Below, piece by piece: positions 42,985 through 58,398 of a DNA stretch of 64,000 nt; the first letter of the stretch is position 1; each line of letters begins with the position of its first letter. This stretch comes from the human T2T-CHM13v2.0 reference genome, Homo sapiens. The notes under the pieces were generated by a model. It worked only from the letters and a program-made list of their open reading frames with translations. It ran no database searches and was not told the DNA's origin. Position numbers and translations under genes: made by a program. The stretch lies in NCBI RefSeq assembly GCF_009914755.1, contig NC_060929.1. One strand, written 5' to 3'.

Positions 42985-44516
42985 TTTTTAATTGTTAAAA
43001 AAATTTTCATTGAGATATAACTGATGAAAGTTGTATATGCCCAAGTTATTAATAAATATATGCACTGTAAAGTGATTTCCACAATCAAGCTAATTAACAT
43101 ATCCATGTACTTAAGATCTACTGTCTTAGCAAATTTCAAGTATGCAGTACATCGTTATTAGCTACAGTCACTATGCTACACATTAGGTCTCTAGAACTTA
43201 CTTAGCTTATAACTGTACATTTGTACCTTTGATGGGGAGATGTTGATCTCCCCTGGTCTCTGAGCCCTGATACCCACTCTTCTACTATCTGTTTCTATGA
43301 GCTCAGTGTTTTAACATTACACATAAAGCAAGATCACACAGTATTTGTCTTTCTGTGCCTGACTTATTTTACTTAGCATATGTCCTCCATGTTTATCTAT
43401 GTTGCTGCAAATGACAAAATTTCCTTTCTTTTAGATTTCTTAATTTTAATTATAACTTTTAAGGCTGAGTAATATCCATTATATATTTCTTAATCCATTC
43501 ATCTGTTGATGGACAACTAGGTTATTTCCGTTTCTTGGCTATTGTGAGTAATTCTGCAATGAACATGGGAATGCAGATACCTCTTCAAGATTAGTGATTT
43601 TATTTCCTTTCAATATATAATATAACCAGTAGTGGAGTTGCTGGATCATATCGTAGTTCTATTTTTAACTTTCTGAGGAACCTCCATACCTTTTTCAATA
43701 TTTTCATAAAACTGTTGGTTATTTGTATGTCTTAATTGGGAAAATGTCTATTAAAGTTCTTTGCCAAATTTTTAGTCAGGTTATTATTATGATTTGCCAT
43801 TGAGTGGTTGGAGTTCCTTATTATTTTGGATATTAACACCTTGTCAGATATGTTTGCAAATATTTCCTACTATTCCATGGGTTGCCTTTTCATTTTGTTT
43901 CTGTACAGAAAGGTTTTAGTTTAATGCAATCCTACTTGTTTATTTTTACTTTGGTTGCCTGTGTTTTAGCAACAATTGATATAAAAAAAAATTGCCAAGA
44001 GCAGTATCATTGGGCTTTACCCCTATTTTCTTCTAAGAGTTTTTGGTTACAGATCCTATGTTTAAATTTTTAATCAATTGTGAGTGATTTTTAATTATGC
44101 TCTGAAATAAGGATTCAATTTCATTTCTTTTGCATGTGTATATTCAGGTTTTCAAACATATTTTATTTAACAGACTACCATTTCCCCATTGTGTATTGTT
44201 AGCACCTTTGTTGAAGATCACTTAGTCATATACACATAGGTTTATTTTTGGGCTTTCTATTCTGCTTAATTGCTCTGTATGTCTGTTTTTAACAGTATCA
44301 TACTGTTTTGATTACTGGAGCTTTGTAATATAATCTGATATCATAAAACATGATACCTCCAGCTTTGTTCTTTTTCCTCAATAATACTTTAGCTACTTAT
44401 TTGAAGGATTTTTTTGTTTCATATTCATTTAAATTTGTTTTTGTATTTCTTTGAAAAAATGACATTGGAATTTTGATAGGGATTGCATTGAGTCTGTAGA
44501 TTACTTTGAGTAATAC
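42985..44516 (-). mobile_element. L1MA9-like 3' portion
   Basis: Antisense 3' UTR (acaatcaagctaattaacatatccat..ttaagatctactgtcttagcaaatttcaagta) and late ORF2. Confidence 0.85.
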
Positions 44517-45430
44517 AAAAATTCTATGAAAGCATAACACTCAATGGTAAAATAAGCAAATAGTGAAAATTAGAATGTCCTAATACTATAATGCTGTATA
44601 TAAATTGCTTACATCCCAAGTATAAAGGTCAAAAGACAAAACTTTTAAAAATAACTAAGTTACAATAATTTGATAATAACTAAACAATATAAAAAGATAT
44701 AAATTGTGACAAATCTAAACAGACAAATAATAAATAAGGAAATTGAATCAATAATGAAAAGTCTCCCATCAAAGAAAAGCCTAGGATCTGATGGTTTTAC
44801 TTGTGAAACTACCAAAAATTTAAAGAATAACTAATACCAATTCTTCTCAAACTCTGTCTGAAAATAGAGGCAGCAACACTTCCATATTTGTTTTATGAGG
44901 CCAACAACCAAGATACCAAAGCCAGACAAGGACGCTACAAGAAAAGAAAACTATTGGCCAATATCTCTGATGAGCACAGATACAAAAATCCTCAATAAAA
45001 TACAAGCAAACCAATTCAAGAGGACATTACAAAGATCATACACCATACCATGGGATTTATCCATAGGATGCATGAATAATTAAACTTATGCAAATAAATT
45101 ACTGTGATATACCACATTAAGAGAATAAATGACAAAAATCACATGAACAACTCAATAGATGCAGAAAAACTTTTGACAATATTCAACAACCTTTCATAAT
45201 AAAATCTCTCAACACATTAGATATAGAAAGTATGTATCTGAACACAGTAAAGGTCATGTATCACAGGCCCACAGCTAATATTATGTTCAACAATGAAAAG
45301 CTGAAATATTTTCCTCTAAGATCAGGAAAAACACACGAACATCCAGTCCTGCCACTTCTACTCAATATAGTACTAGAAGTCCTAGCCAGAAAAATTAAGC
45401 AATAAAAAATAATTAAAAGTATCCAAATTG

Positions 45431-45828
<398 letters not shown>

Positions 45829-46150
45829 TTAGAACTGATAAACAGATTCAGTAAGGATGTAGATTACAAAAATCAAGACACAAACATCAATTAAGTTTCT
45901 AGAAACTAACTTCAAAGTACCTGAAAAAGAAATTTAGAAAAACAATCTCATTTACAATAGCATTAAAAAGAATAAAATTTTCAGGAATAAATTTAACTGA
46001 GGAGGTAAAATATCTGAAAACTATATGCTGAAAACCATAGAACATTTGAAAAAAATTGAAGGAGACACATATCAATGGGAAGATACACTATGTTCATGAG
46101 TTGGAAGCATTAAAATTATTAAAAGGTCCACAGTACCCAAATGAGCAACT

Positions 46151-46481
<331 letters not shown>

Positions 46482-47404
46482 TAAAGATAAATGCAATAAC
46501 ATTACCAATGACTAATACCCATTCTTCTCAAACTTATCTTTGGACTTTCCATACCCCTTTTTATTAAGCAGTATTTTCACGTACCAGGATTATCCCCAGG
46601 CTTTCTCCCACTATTCTCAAACACCGTCAATAGTTTTACCTTTTAATTATGATAAAAATACTTTCTCTCTGCTTAACATTAACTACTTACCGTTTTTCTA
46701 AATATCTACCAATACATAGCCAGCAGTCATGATATCTGTCTGTTACCTAGAAACACACATCCTGAGATGGTAGTCTCCTGGTTCCACTTTTAATCCAGGA
46801 ACCTGGAATTTGAGTGCAAAGGGGTTCCATTACAAGCCACAATGTGAATTTAAAAATTAGATGGAAGCACCGAGAGATTTTATATCTTATGTGAATAATT
46901 CAACATTTTCTTGAAAACCTTATTGATGTTATTTGATTAACTGTCTTTTCAAGATATTATATAGTGCTTTCTCCTGAGAAAAATTTTTTACTTAGTTTGA
47001 TTTACTAGCAAATCAGTAGCTAGCATGATTTAATATACTTTCAATTACATCTGATCTCATAAATTCACGTGTGCACCTTTATAGATATTGCGCATACATT
47101 TAGCAATTCTTTTACCTAGAAAAAGAGACTTAAACGTGGGTTTTTTTACATTCAAAAAAATTTTATAAAGATGAGAGAGTCAACATTTTTTCTCACAGTT
47201 GAATGCTCTTTGAAACAAATAAATTCAATTTATACTGATACCTACACATTTATTCATTTGTGGGACATCCTCCCTTTGAAAAAAAAAAAAGAAATCACAA
47301 TTAAAATTAGATTTTGATTAGGAAGAATTTTCATTCTGCTGTTAAAAATAGATTTTTCAGAAAACAAAACTTTTATATGGACTTTAATAAAACATCATTC
47401 CTTG

Positions 47405-48090
47405 ACGATTATTAAAAAATCAGGAAACAGATGCTGGTGAGGCTGTGGAGAAATAGGAATGCCTTTACACTGTTTGTGGGAGTGTAGTTCAACCACTGCA
47501 GAAGACAGTGTGGCGATTCCTCAAGGAACTAGAACCAGAAATACCATTTGACCCAGCAATCCCATTACTGGGTATGTACCCAAAGGATTATAAATCATTC
47601 TACTATAAAGATACATACACATCTATGTTTATTGTAGCACTATTTACAATAGCAAAGACTTGGAACCAACCCAAATGCCCAGCAATGATAGACTGGATAA
47701 AGAAAATGTGGCATATATATACCATGGAATACTATGCAGCCATAAAAAAGAATGAGATCATGTTCATTTCAGGGGCATGGATGAAGCTGGAAGCCATCAT
47801 TCTCAGCAAACTAACACAGGAACAGAAAACCAAACACGGCATGTTGTCATACTTGGGAGTTGAACAACGAGAACACATGGACGCAGGGAGGGGAACATCA
47901 CATATCAGGGCCTGTTGCTGGGGGGAAAGGGGAAGGAGAGCATTAGGACAAATACCTAACGCATGCGGGTCTTAAAACCTAGACGACGTGTTGATAGGTG
48001 CAGCGAAACCATGACACATGTATAACCTATGTAACAAACCTGCACATTCAGCACATGTATCCCAGAACTTAAAGTAAAAAAATAATAGTA
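47405..48090 (+). mobile_element. L1PA (L1PA7/8-like) 3' end
   Basis: ORF 47508-47975 is the ORF2p C-terminus (WRFLKELEPEIPFDPAIPLLG); 3' UTR and A-tail; aataaaacat repeated on both flanks. Confidence 0.95.
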
Positions 48091-48239
48091 AATAAAACAT
48101 TCTTAAAAATAATCTAACAGTGTAGATATTCCATCTATTTAGATCAACAGTTCTAATTTCTAATTCATGTTTCAAATAAAAACATTTTATGTTATTAAAA
48201 TGATTTGAGAAGCTAAAAGGGCTTTTGTTTTTTGCTGGT

Positions 48240-49160
48240 TACATATATCAAAATCTTTGTGAAAAATTACTATGTTCTATATCTCCCTCAAAATACAAAA
48301 AAGAAGAGTGAAATTATACCACAGTTTTGCATATTTCTTTCATGTCTGGTTGAATAGCACACAGCAGGATTACCACATGTGATTGTGGATTCCATCTGTT
48401 GCCTCCCACATATATGTAGTTGGATAATGGAGAAATATTTAAAAATAATTTTTCCATGATTGTAGATATTCTTCTTTGCTTCTACCACAAAGTTTAACAA
48501 GTGCACAAGTGGTGATTTATTAAAGGTTAGCTGCAATGTGGAATGTGAATTAGTATCAATGTCCTTTTCGTACTCTGTTACATTAAAATTTATTTTTTGA
48601 ATTAAATTTGAATTAAATAGATCATTTACCCACGCATAATTTTGTAGCATCATGTGCTGGTCATTTGGTATATACTGTCTCATTGAATTATGGAGCTCAT
48701 GGAAATGTGGACACATTTTGTTTTATGACATCAAGACATCACATTTGTTAATATCACCAATAATCTCATCAGAAAAGTCTTTCAGAATCCTGAATCTCTC
48801 AAGCTCATGACAATGGACACAAGTTTTCCAAAAGTGTAGCTTTCACTTGAAATTTCCAGTACAATCATTGACAACAAATACTGTCAGTTATCCTGAAGTG
48901 ACAGTCTCACATCACTGATAATTTCTAGAAAATACCTTTCAAATACTGAAATCCAAATAATTGGTGTCGGTCATTCTTTACAATAAAATTGTGTCCCATG
49001 GAAAACCACCTAGTATAGCTCACAACTCAAACAACTGCATATGAAACAATTGCATCTACTCAAGTAAAGCATCGTCTTTCCTTTAGTAACAAATGTGTGT
49101 GGTGTGTACTTCCCATTTCACCACAGCTAATTTTTTAAAATACAAGGATTTAAGGTTCAC
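48240..49160 (-). mobile_element. Charlie1-type hAT DNA transposon remnant with a transposase C-terminal fragment
   Basis: ORF 48288-48716(-) contains MLQNYAWVNDLF..NFNVTEYEK.ID..S.STLQLTFNKSPLV, which resembles the Charlie1 transposase C-terminus; frameshifted afterwards. Confidence 0.8.
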
Positions 49161-49725
49161 TCAAGTGTTACTCTCCTAAATAGTAAAGAGAATAAAGGGA
49201 GGCCACTAATCAAAGCAGAGTCATAAACTGATGAATTATTATTTTATAAGGTGAAGTTTTCTTTACATCTTATTCCTCTCCTTTGTATGACACCCTTCCT
49301 TCCATTTTGGTCAAAATAAAAAGTGTTTCCCAAGCCTAGTTCCATACAGGAAAACGTAAAGTTTAATTTTTGGATCAGAATTGCTCAATAAATATTCTAT
49401 CATGTTGATGGTATGAATACTCACTCCATCTCTTAGGTGATTTTACTGTTCTTTACTTGGACCATAGAATGCAGATCTAAATGTGATATTAGTAACTTAT
49501 CATATATGTTATCATTTAGCTCTCTGGGTTATATTATACACAGAATTTATATGATTTCTAAACATTTTTAAGATGTGCATGGATAGCATTAAATGTTGAG
49601 AATAAGCAAAAGTTTCTGATTAGCCTTAGTTTTCAAATTAGCTTCAACCACAGATAAAATTCACTAAAGAATATAATCAGTATTCCAAAAATTATTGTGT
49701 GGGTATCTTCACAATTCATTCACCT

Positions 49726-50091
<366 letters not shown>

Positions 50092-52761
50092 TAATTAGAA
50101 CACTTTTTTATAAAGTGCACAGAAGTGCTTGGATTTATGCTGAAAAAAGCTGAATAAAATAAATACAAATGAAGTAGAGATCTCAGTCCACTGGATTCAT
50201 TATGTGGACCACAGGGCAATAGAAGTATTTATTGTCACTTTGCTAGCTGATAAAAAGTATCTGGATTTATTTCATATAATGTACGCTATTTCAGTTCTAG
50301 GAGAGTTTGTGAGAAATTGTTAAATTATATTCTTGAGATAAAGAGTTGAGGTCTGATAACCAGTTGGAGAAAAGTTTAGGGATAAATTTTCCCAAATAAG
50401 AAGTACAAATGCAAAGAAGATGAGATATTTATAATTCTGACTGTGTGTTTTAAAAAATACCTGTTACATATTAGGGTTAATAAAGACAAAATAGGTAGAA
50501 AGTATAAGAAAATTGGAATTAAAATTATTTTTTTGATATTTTTCTTTAAGTGACCTAAATCACATGACAATAAAATATAGAATATGTTTTTTACAAGGCA
50601 TAGTACCAAGAGCAAATAGTTGCAAAGATTATTTTAAGCTAATGGTTTAAATCATATATTATTTTACTCAATCTTTGGCTGGGGAGTTAATTTAGAATAA
50701 TTGTATTTGTACTATAGGCAAGAACCTGTGGCTGAATGTAATGGAACAGCATCTCACTGGGAAGCAAATGACTTTATTTGCTCTTCAGCCAGTCAGAACA
50801 CCTCCAGCAGCTTAAGCATGGCACGTAGCTTACCATGAAGCAAAATAACTGTGCACAGGATGATGGGCTTTTCTTTTGAGGTGCTAATTAGTCATAAAAT
50901 TCACACTGGAATCAAAGTAATTAAAGATCAGAAATTGTTACTTACAGGCTGCATCATTTGGAAATGAGTAAATAATCAGGCTAAGGTTCTGGATTTAAGA
51001 TCTCTTTGCCAAGTGGTTGTCAGCCAATACACAGGCCGTGTTTGCCAGAAAGACTTCTGAGCCTATGAGCCTTCAGCATCCTGTAGTCCTCATGAGTCCC
51101 CACTGTCATGATAATGCCTTTCTTCCTCCTTTGTCCCCAAGATAGGCTCCTAGGAACTCTGATTTCAGAAAGCTACCTGGAAGCAAATCTTCTCACAAAG
51201 TATATTTAATAAAACCATTAACAGACTAAAGACGTGAAGAAAAAACTATTTCAAATTCTTATAAGAAAACCAGAATTATATTTAGCGAGGCACTAGCTTT
51301 ATTAAATGGAAAGGGCATGAACTCGGGATAAAAAATACAAACAACAACAATAATACTATAACAAAGGAGAAATATGCACACCTGATGTCATAGGTTTTGT
51401 AAAGTAAGTAGAGTTTTTGTTTTAATACATAAATTCTATCCCACAAAATCTAACTTTGTACTGCTTAAGATAATAAATGACCAGTAAGAACATCAAGAAG
51501 CATAACTATCCTACAGCCTTTTATGCATAGGTAATAATTACAAATGGGTATGTGTGTGAAAAATATATTTTCAATATATTTTTAAAATTTCAAAACTTAT
51601 GTTTCCATATGGGTAAGCTAAGTATCTTACACCAACTCTTTTACCAAGAGTAGACATTAGCCCTGGAATCTAGAAGAATCCAAAAATTAGATCAATTATC
51701 CTTCAAGTACGAGCAAAAAATCTAAAAAAGTTCCCTGATGATTCAAGGACTCACCATCCTCCACTGCCCCAAGGTCCTTGAAGTCACTTCCTTTCCCCAA
51801 AAGCCCAGATACCATTTTGAAGAAAAAGCAGAGAACAGGAATCTAAAAGACTGAGGTATTAAACCTATAGAAACTAATGATTTACTTGACTGTGCTGATT
51901 AAAATCTTTTAAGTTTCTAAGTTTGCTGGATTGGACTACATTTCATATATTTTTCCTCTAACACCAATCAACGGCATGTCTGTGAGGGGGAAAAAAAGCA
52001 AAGCTTCACACATCCAAGTTGCAGTACTATCAATTATGTGATCAGAATGAATTCAATAAGATAAATAAAACAAAAAGAAATAGATGAAAAGAAGAAAATG
52101 ACAAGGAAAAGAAATGCAATTAATTCCCCGGGCCTTTTGATCAGTTATAATTTTATTTAACATACGTCTCATCTCCTACAAATTTCTGTCTCTACTTCAG
52201 AGTTGATGCTTTAACAGTTATTTTTATCTTCATGTATCCGATGGCCTTCCTCTGTTCACCTCACATTTCCTGTTATTTTGTGCTCTGTCACCTCTGGGTT
52301 TCAACAAATCCCCAAAGTTCCTCTCCCATAACGCTTTCTCTTTGACTTCCTTATCTTCCCATGTCCTACCTGTACTATCAATGCCCAGTGATCAAGGTGT
52401 TACAGGTAGTTCAGCATGAACAGGGCAGAAGTGGGCTCCCCGCTCCACCCACTAGAAATATCGGGTGATGATTCGGCAATTATCGCATTGCCTCTCAAAG
52501 TGTTAAGTTGGCAGCCAGCTCCAGGGAGAGGCCATTTCCTGATGGTCCACACCTGTTAACATTAAAGTGTTAAAGGCAGGCCCAGGGAGAAGAAACTTCC
52601 TAGGCATGCACAGTGAGAGACAAAAATGGTGAAGTATGATCTTTCAGGTACACTCCACTGGAAAAAGGAAGAAAGCCTCAGGTGGGCATGCGTACAACTC
52701 CCTAAACACACTGCATGCTCACTTCCTGAGGGTAAGGAGTGCTCTGCGCATGCGGGCAGCC

Positions 52762-53255
52762 TGTCCAGACCAGCTCCATAGGGGAGACCCTAACCCAGCA
52801 GCGCTAGAGGAATTAAAGACACACACACACACAGAAATATAGAGGTGTGAAGTGGGAAATCAGGGGTCTCACAGCCTTCAGAGCTGAGAGCTCCGAACAG
52901 ATTTACCCACATATTTATTAACAGCAAGCCAGTCATTAGCATTCTTTCTATAGATATTAAATTAACTAAAAGTATCCCTTATGGGGAACGAAGGGATGGG
53001 CCGAATTAATTGCAGCAGGAACACGCCCTTAAGACACAGATCCCTCATGCTAATTGTTTGTGGCTTAAGAATGCCTTTAAGCAGTTTTCCACCCTGGGCG
53101 GGCCTGGTGTTCCTTGCCCTCATTCCCATAAACCCACAACCTTCCATCTTGGGCATTATGGCCATTATGGACATGTTACAGTGCTGCAGAAATTTTGTTT
53201 ATGGCCAGTTTTCGGGCCAGTTTATGGCCGGATTTTGGGGGACTTGCTCCCAACA
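52762..53255 (-). mobile_element. MER9 (HERV-K9/HML-3) solo LTR
   Basis: agaccagctc..ggggagaccctaacccagcagcgctagaggaattaaagacacacac...gcttgctcccaaca-type ends; TG..CA termini; perfect 5-bp TSD cagcc (52757-52761 and 53256-53260). Confidence 0.85.
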
Positions 53256-53414
53256 CAGCCCACCCTAGGGGAAGAATCACGGGAAAGAGGCACCTATAAA
53301 AGTCCTAGGGACACGGTTACACAGGGCACTTGATCTTCTCTTCTCTCTCTTGGACTTTCATGTGCCCAACTGAATCTCTTCCAAAAAGTTCTTTTCTGTT
53401 ATAAAGCCTTTTTA

Positions 53415-54755
<1,341 letters not shown>

Positions 54756-55121
54756 AGCCTTTTTAATACACTTCCACTCCTGCTCTGGAACTCACCTGGG
54801 CCTCTTTTTCTACATGCTGCCTCTCAGTCGAATTATTTCTTCTGAGGAAGCAATGGCTGAAGTTGCTTCAGCTACGTACAGATTTGTTGCTGGTAACTTG
54901 GATCTCTTCCACGGGTAACAAACGGGCCTGTGCAGTGGCTTCCAGTCGATAATGTTCCAAGGAAAACAGGTTGCAAGGTTTCTCAAAAGTAATTTCTGCA
55001 ACTTATGAGTGTGATATCAAAATAGGATATATTTTAATTTTGAGGGTTTTTTTTTTTTTATGATTCTATTTCTCCAGTGGATTGGAATCAAGAATAGAGA
55101 CTGCGGGAAAAGAAGCAAAAC

Positions 55122-55577
55122 TGAAACCAACCCAATTGTCCCATCAACAGTTTTCTTATTTTGTTTTGATAAACATAGAAATTGACCCTTCTGGTCTTAA
55201 AGCATGAAACATATATTTGTTTTTTCTGAGTTCTTTCCTCAGGAAAGAACTTTCAGACCTCTCAGAAAAATTATGAAAGAACTGTAACTAACCAAATAAT
55301 AATATCCATATAATGAGATGCCAGACTCCTCATTCATCACGACTGCTTCATGGCCCCTCACTAGTTTCTGTTTTCTTACACATTGTTACATTTCTTCCCT
55401 GCTATATAAACCCCTAGTTTTAGTTAGTCTCGGAGATGGTTTCAACTGAACTCCCATCTCCTCAGCTGCAGCACCCAATTAAAACCTTCTTCCCTGGCAA
55501 TACACATCTTCTCAGTGACTGGCTTTCTGTGCAGCAAGCAGCAGGACCCAGACCAAACCCCTGGTGGTTTGGTAACA
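55122..55577 (+). mobile_element. ERV1 solo LTR (LOR1-like)
   Basis: TGAAACCAACCCAATTGTCCCAT..aaacatagaaattgaccc; gctatataaa; attaaa; ends GGTAACA. Confidence 0.75.
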
Positions 55578-56474
55578 AATTAACCCTATTTGTCCATGCC
55601 CAATGTACAGCTAAGGAATTCCAAGAACCAGAAGTTGAAGGTCCAGCATGAGTTTGTTATTTTTCCACAAGTTATTTCAGTAAATTCAATAAAATATGTT
55701 ATATATTTTCAATATATAATAAACCTCTTTATTCTTCAGTGGCCATTGACTCTACGCTTCACCTGAAACAGGAAATGGTAAGGTGGCCAGCAGAGAAAGA
55801 GAGTGTGAAATGAAACTAGAGAGATGAAATGGGCCAGATTACTAAAGATATTTTAGTTTGGGGGACTGTTTTCTCTAGACAAAAGGAGAGAAATAAAAGT
55901 CTTTTAAGGAAGAGAATGACATATTGTAATTGGCAATTAAAGCCATTGAGAGAACTTCTGCTGAAAGAAATCATGAAGGAGGTCAAAACCACTGCTCCAT
56001 ATGGAAAACAAGCCTATGGAAAGTAGTGTATTTGCATTGCTATGTGTGGAGGGCTAAGAGAGATACACTGGGCTTGGATCTGAAATGTATCTTCCCTAGA
56101 ATTTTCAGTAATATTTTGTGATAGTTGTTATGGGATACTGTAAAATTTGAGCTTTATCTGGTTTCCTAATGCATAAAAATGCTGACTTTCATAATAGTAA
56201 TATTTCAGTTTTGAAATATAAATCAGTATAATTACAGAATATATGTTCTTGTGTACACGTGTGGGTGTGTGTGGACCTTCATATGTGCATATATACATGG
56301 TATATATATATGCCTGTTTATGTGTATGTGTGTGTGCACATGGCGTTTGTGTGTTTGTGTATCTTTGGGAAGGGAATGATAGACCATCCAGTTGGAAACC
56401 TACCTGTGAAACCTTTAGTAAAGAGATTTCACTAGGTTTCTAGGTGGGAAATCAAACTAATAAAATCGTGACTT

Positions 56475-57217
56475 GGTTACTCAAACATAAGGGGTTCAGT
56501 TTCAGTGCTGCTGCTTGCCACACAGTAAGTCAATCACTGAGGTGCCAAGTATTACCAAGGAAGAAGGCTTTAATCAGATGCTGCAGCTGAGGAGATGGGA
56601 GCTCAGTCTCAAATCCATCTCCCTGACTAAACCAGGGATTTATATGGCAGGTGAGAAATGTAACAATGTATAAGAAAACAGGAACTAGGGAGTGGCAAGG
56701 AAGCAATCATGTTGAATGAGGTCTCCAGCATCTGATGAGATGATCTGGTTTCAGTTTTTTGATACTTTTTGTGAGAGGCCTGGAGGCCATTTCCTGAGGA
56801 AAGAATTCAGATAAAACAAATATAATCACACCTGTAATCCCAGCACTTTGGGAGGCCGAGATGGGAGGATCACGTGAGGCTGGGAGTTCAAGACCAGCCT
56901 GGCCAACATGATGAACTCTGTCTCTACTAAAAATACAAAAATTAGCTGGGCGTGGTGGTGCATGCCTGTAATCCTAGCTACCTAGGAGGCTGAGGCAGGA
57001 GAATTGCTTGAACCCAGGAGGCAGAGTTTGCAGTGAGCCGAGACTGTGCCACTGCAATTCAGCCTGGGCAAAAGACCAAGACTCTGTCTCAAAATAAATA
57101 AATAACTAAAAATAAAAACGAACATAAGTTTCAAGTTTTTCAGACTAGAAGGGTAAAATCTCTATGTTTACCGAAAAGAACAGTCTATGAGTCTATGGGA
57201 CAATTGAGTCGGTTTCA
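56475..57217 (-). mobile_element. ERV1 solo LTR (LOR1-like), interrupted by an Alu
   Basis: Minus strand begins TGAAACCGACTCAATTGTCCCATAG and is homologous to 55122-55577. Confidence 0.75.
56826..57111 (+). mobile_element. AluSx/Sz-like, missing ~16 nt at the 5' end
   Basis: Starts tcacacctgtaatccc; degenerate TSD ataaaacaaatataa / ataaaaacgaacataa. Confidence 0.95.
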
Positions 57218-57558
57218 GCCTGACTCAAAGATGGCCATGCCTTCTGTGTTTAGCACTTTTCTCATTAAAATTTGATACACGATTTGTGTGTTTTGCAATA
57301 CGCTAACAGGTATCTATAGGCTTTGTAAGGAAGGCAAGGGAAAGGTCCCTTATTCTGCCAATGGATTCTGCACTTTAGTATCTCCAGATTGGTTCTCAGC
57401 AAAAACCTTTCAAACACACAGCCCATTGGAGGCTGTCTCAAAACTTGCAGCTAGAATTCACATATATCAGTGATCTTGTGGTTCTTTTGTAAAATTTCTG
57501 TGTATTTGTATACATTTGTATCTGAGTATAAGTACTCCCACAGCAGTATCCTCTTATT

Positions 57559-57975
57559 TTATTTTATTATTATACTTTAAGTTTTAGGGTACATGTGCAC
57601 AATGTGCAGGTTACATATGTATACACGTGCCATGCTGGTGTGCTGCACCCATTAACTCGTCATTTAGCCTTAGGTATATCTCCTAATGCTATCCCTCCCC
57701 ACTCCCCCCACCCCACAACAGTCCCCAGAGTGTGATGTTCCCCTTCCTGTGCCCATGTGTTCTCATTGTTCAATTCCCACCTATGAGTGAGAATATGCGG
57801 TGTTTGGTTTTTTGTTCTTGCGATAGTTTACTGAGAATGATGATTTCCAATTTCATCCATGTCCCTACAAAGGACATGAACTCATCATTTTTTTATGGAT
57901 GCATAGTATTCCATGGTGTATATGTGCCACATTTTCTTAATCCAGTCTATCATTGTTGGACATTGATTTGGGTTG
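57559..57975 (-). mobile_element. Young L1PA (L1PA3/4-like), 3' ~410 bp
   Basis: T-rich tail, then tatactttaagttttagggtacatgtgcac... up to cattgttggaca(ttga)tttgggttg. Confidence 0.95.
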
Positions 57976-58398
57976 AAGAATTCTCAATCAACTACCTTTT
58001 TCTTTTTGCTGGAAGAATTACTGGCCTCTTCCCAAAAGGAATTGAAGAGTCTGCTCTGTAGCCTCCCCAAGCAGTGAGACTCGTAACATTTTTTCTTCTT
58101 TTCCTTGTGTGCCTAAACTATGTTTAGGGTAAAATTGTACACATATATGTAATAACTCTTATTACATATAAGAGTTATTATGTACAATATGTAAAATTGT
58201 ATTATCTACAATATATAAAATTGTGTACAATTTTACCCTAAACATAGTTTAGGCACACAAGGAAAAGAAGAACAAATGTTATGCGTCTCACTGCTTGGGG
58301 AGGCTACAGAGCAGACTCTTCAATTCCTTTTGGGAAGAGGCCAGTAATTCTTCCAGCAAAAAGAAAAAGGTAGTTGATTGAGAATTCTTCAGCCCAAA
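57967..58398. repeat. Long inverted repeat: 177-bp arms (57967-58143 and 58222-58398) with a 78-bp spacer
   Basis: Base-by-base comparison gives 4 mismatches and no indels. The peptide EEFSINYLFLFAGRITGLFPKGIEESAL ends ORFs on both strands. Confidence 0.97.

Noticed and set aside
48288-48716. 142-aa ORF as a domesticated transposase
   Set aside because: Only a short C-terminal Charlie1-like fragment, frameshifted and without the catalytic core.
52962-53333. Cluster of 70-107-aa ORFs
   Set aside because: They lie within MER9/MER50 LTR sequence and show no gag/pol/env similarity.
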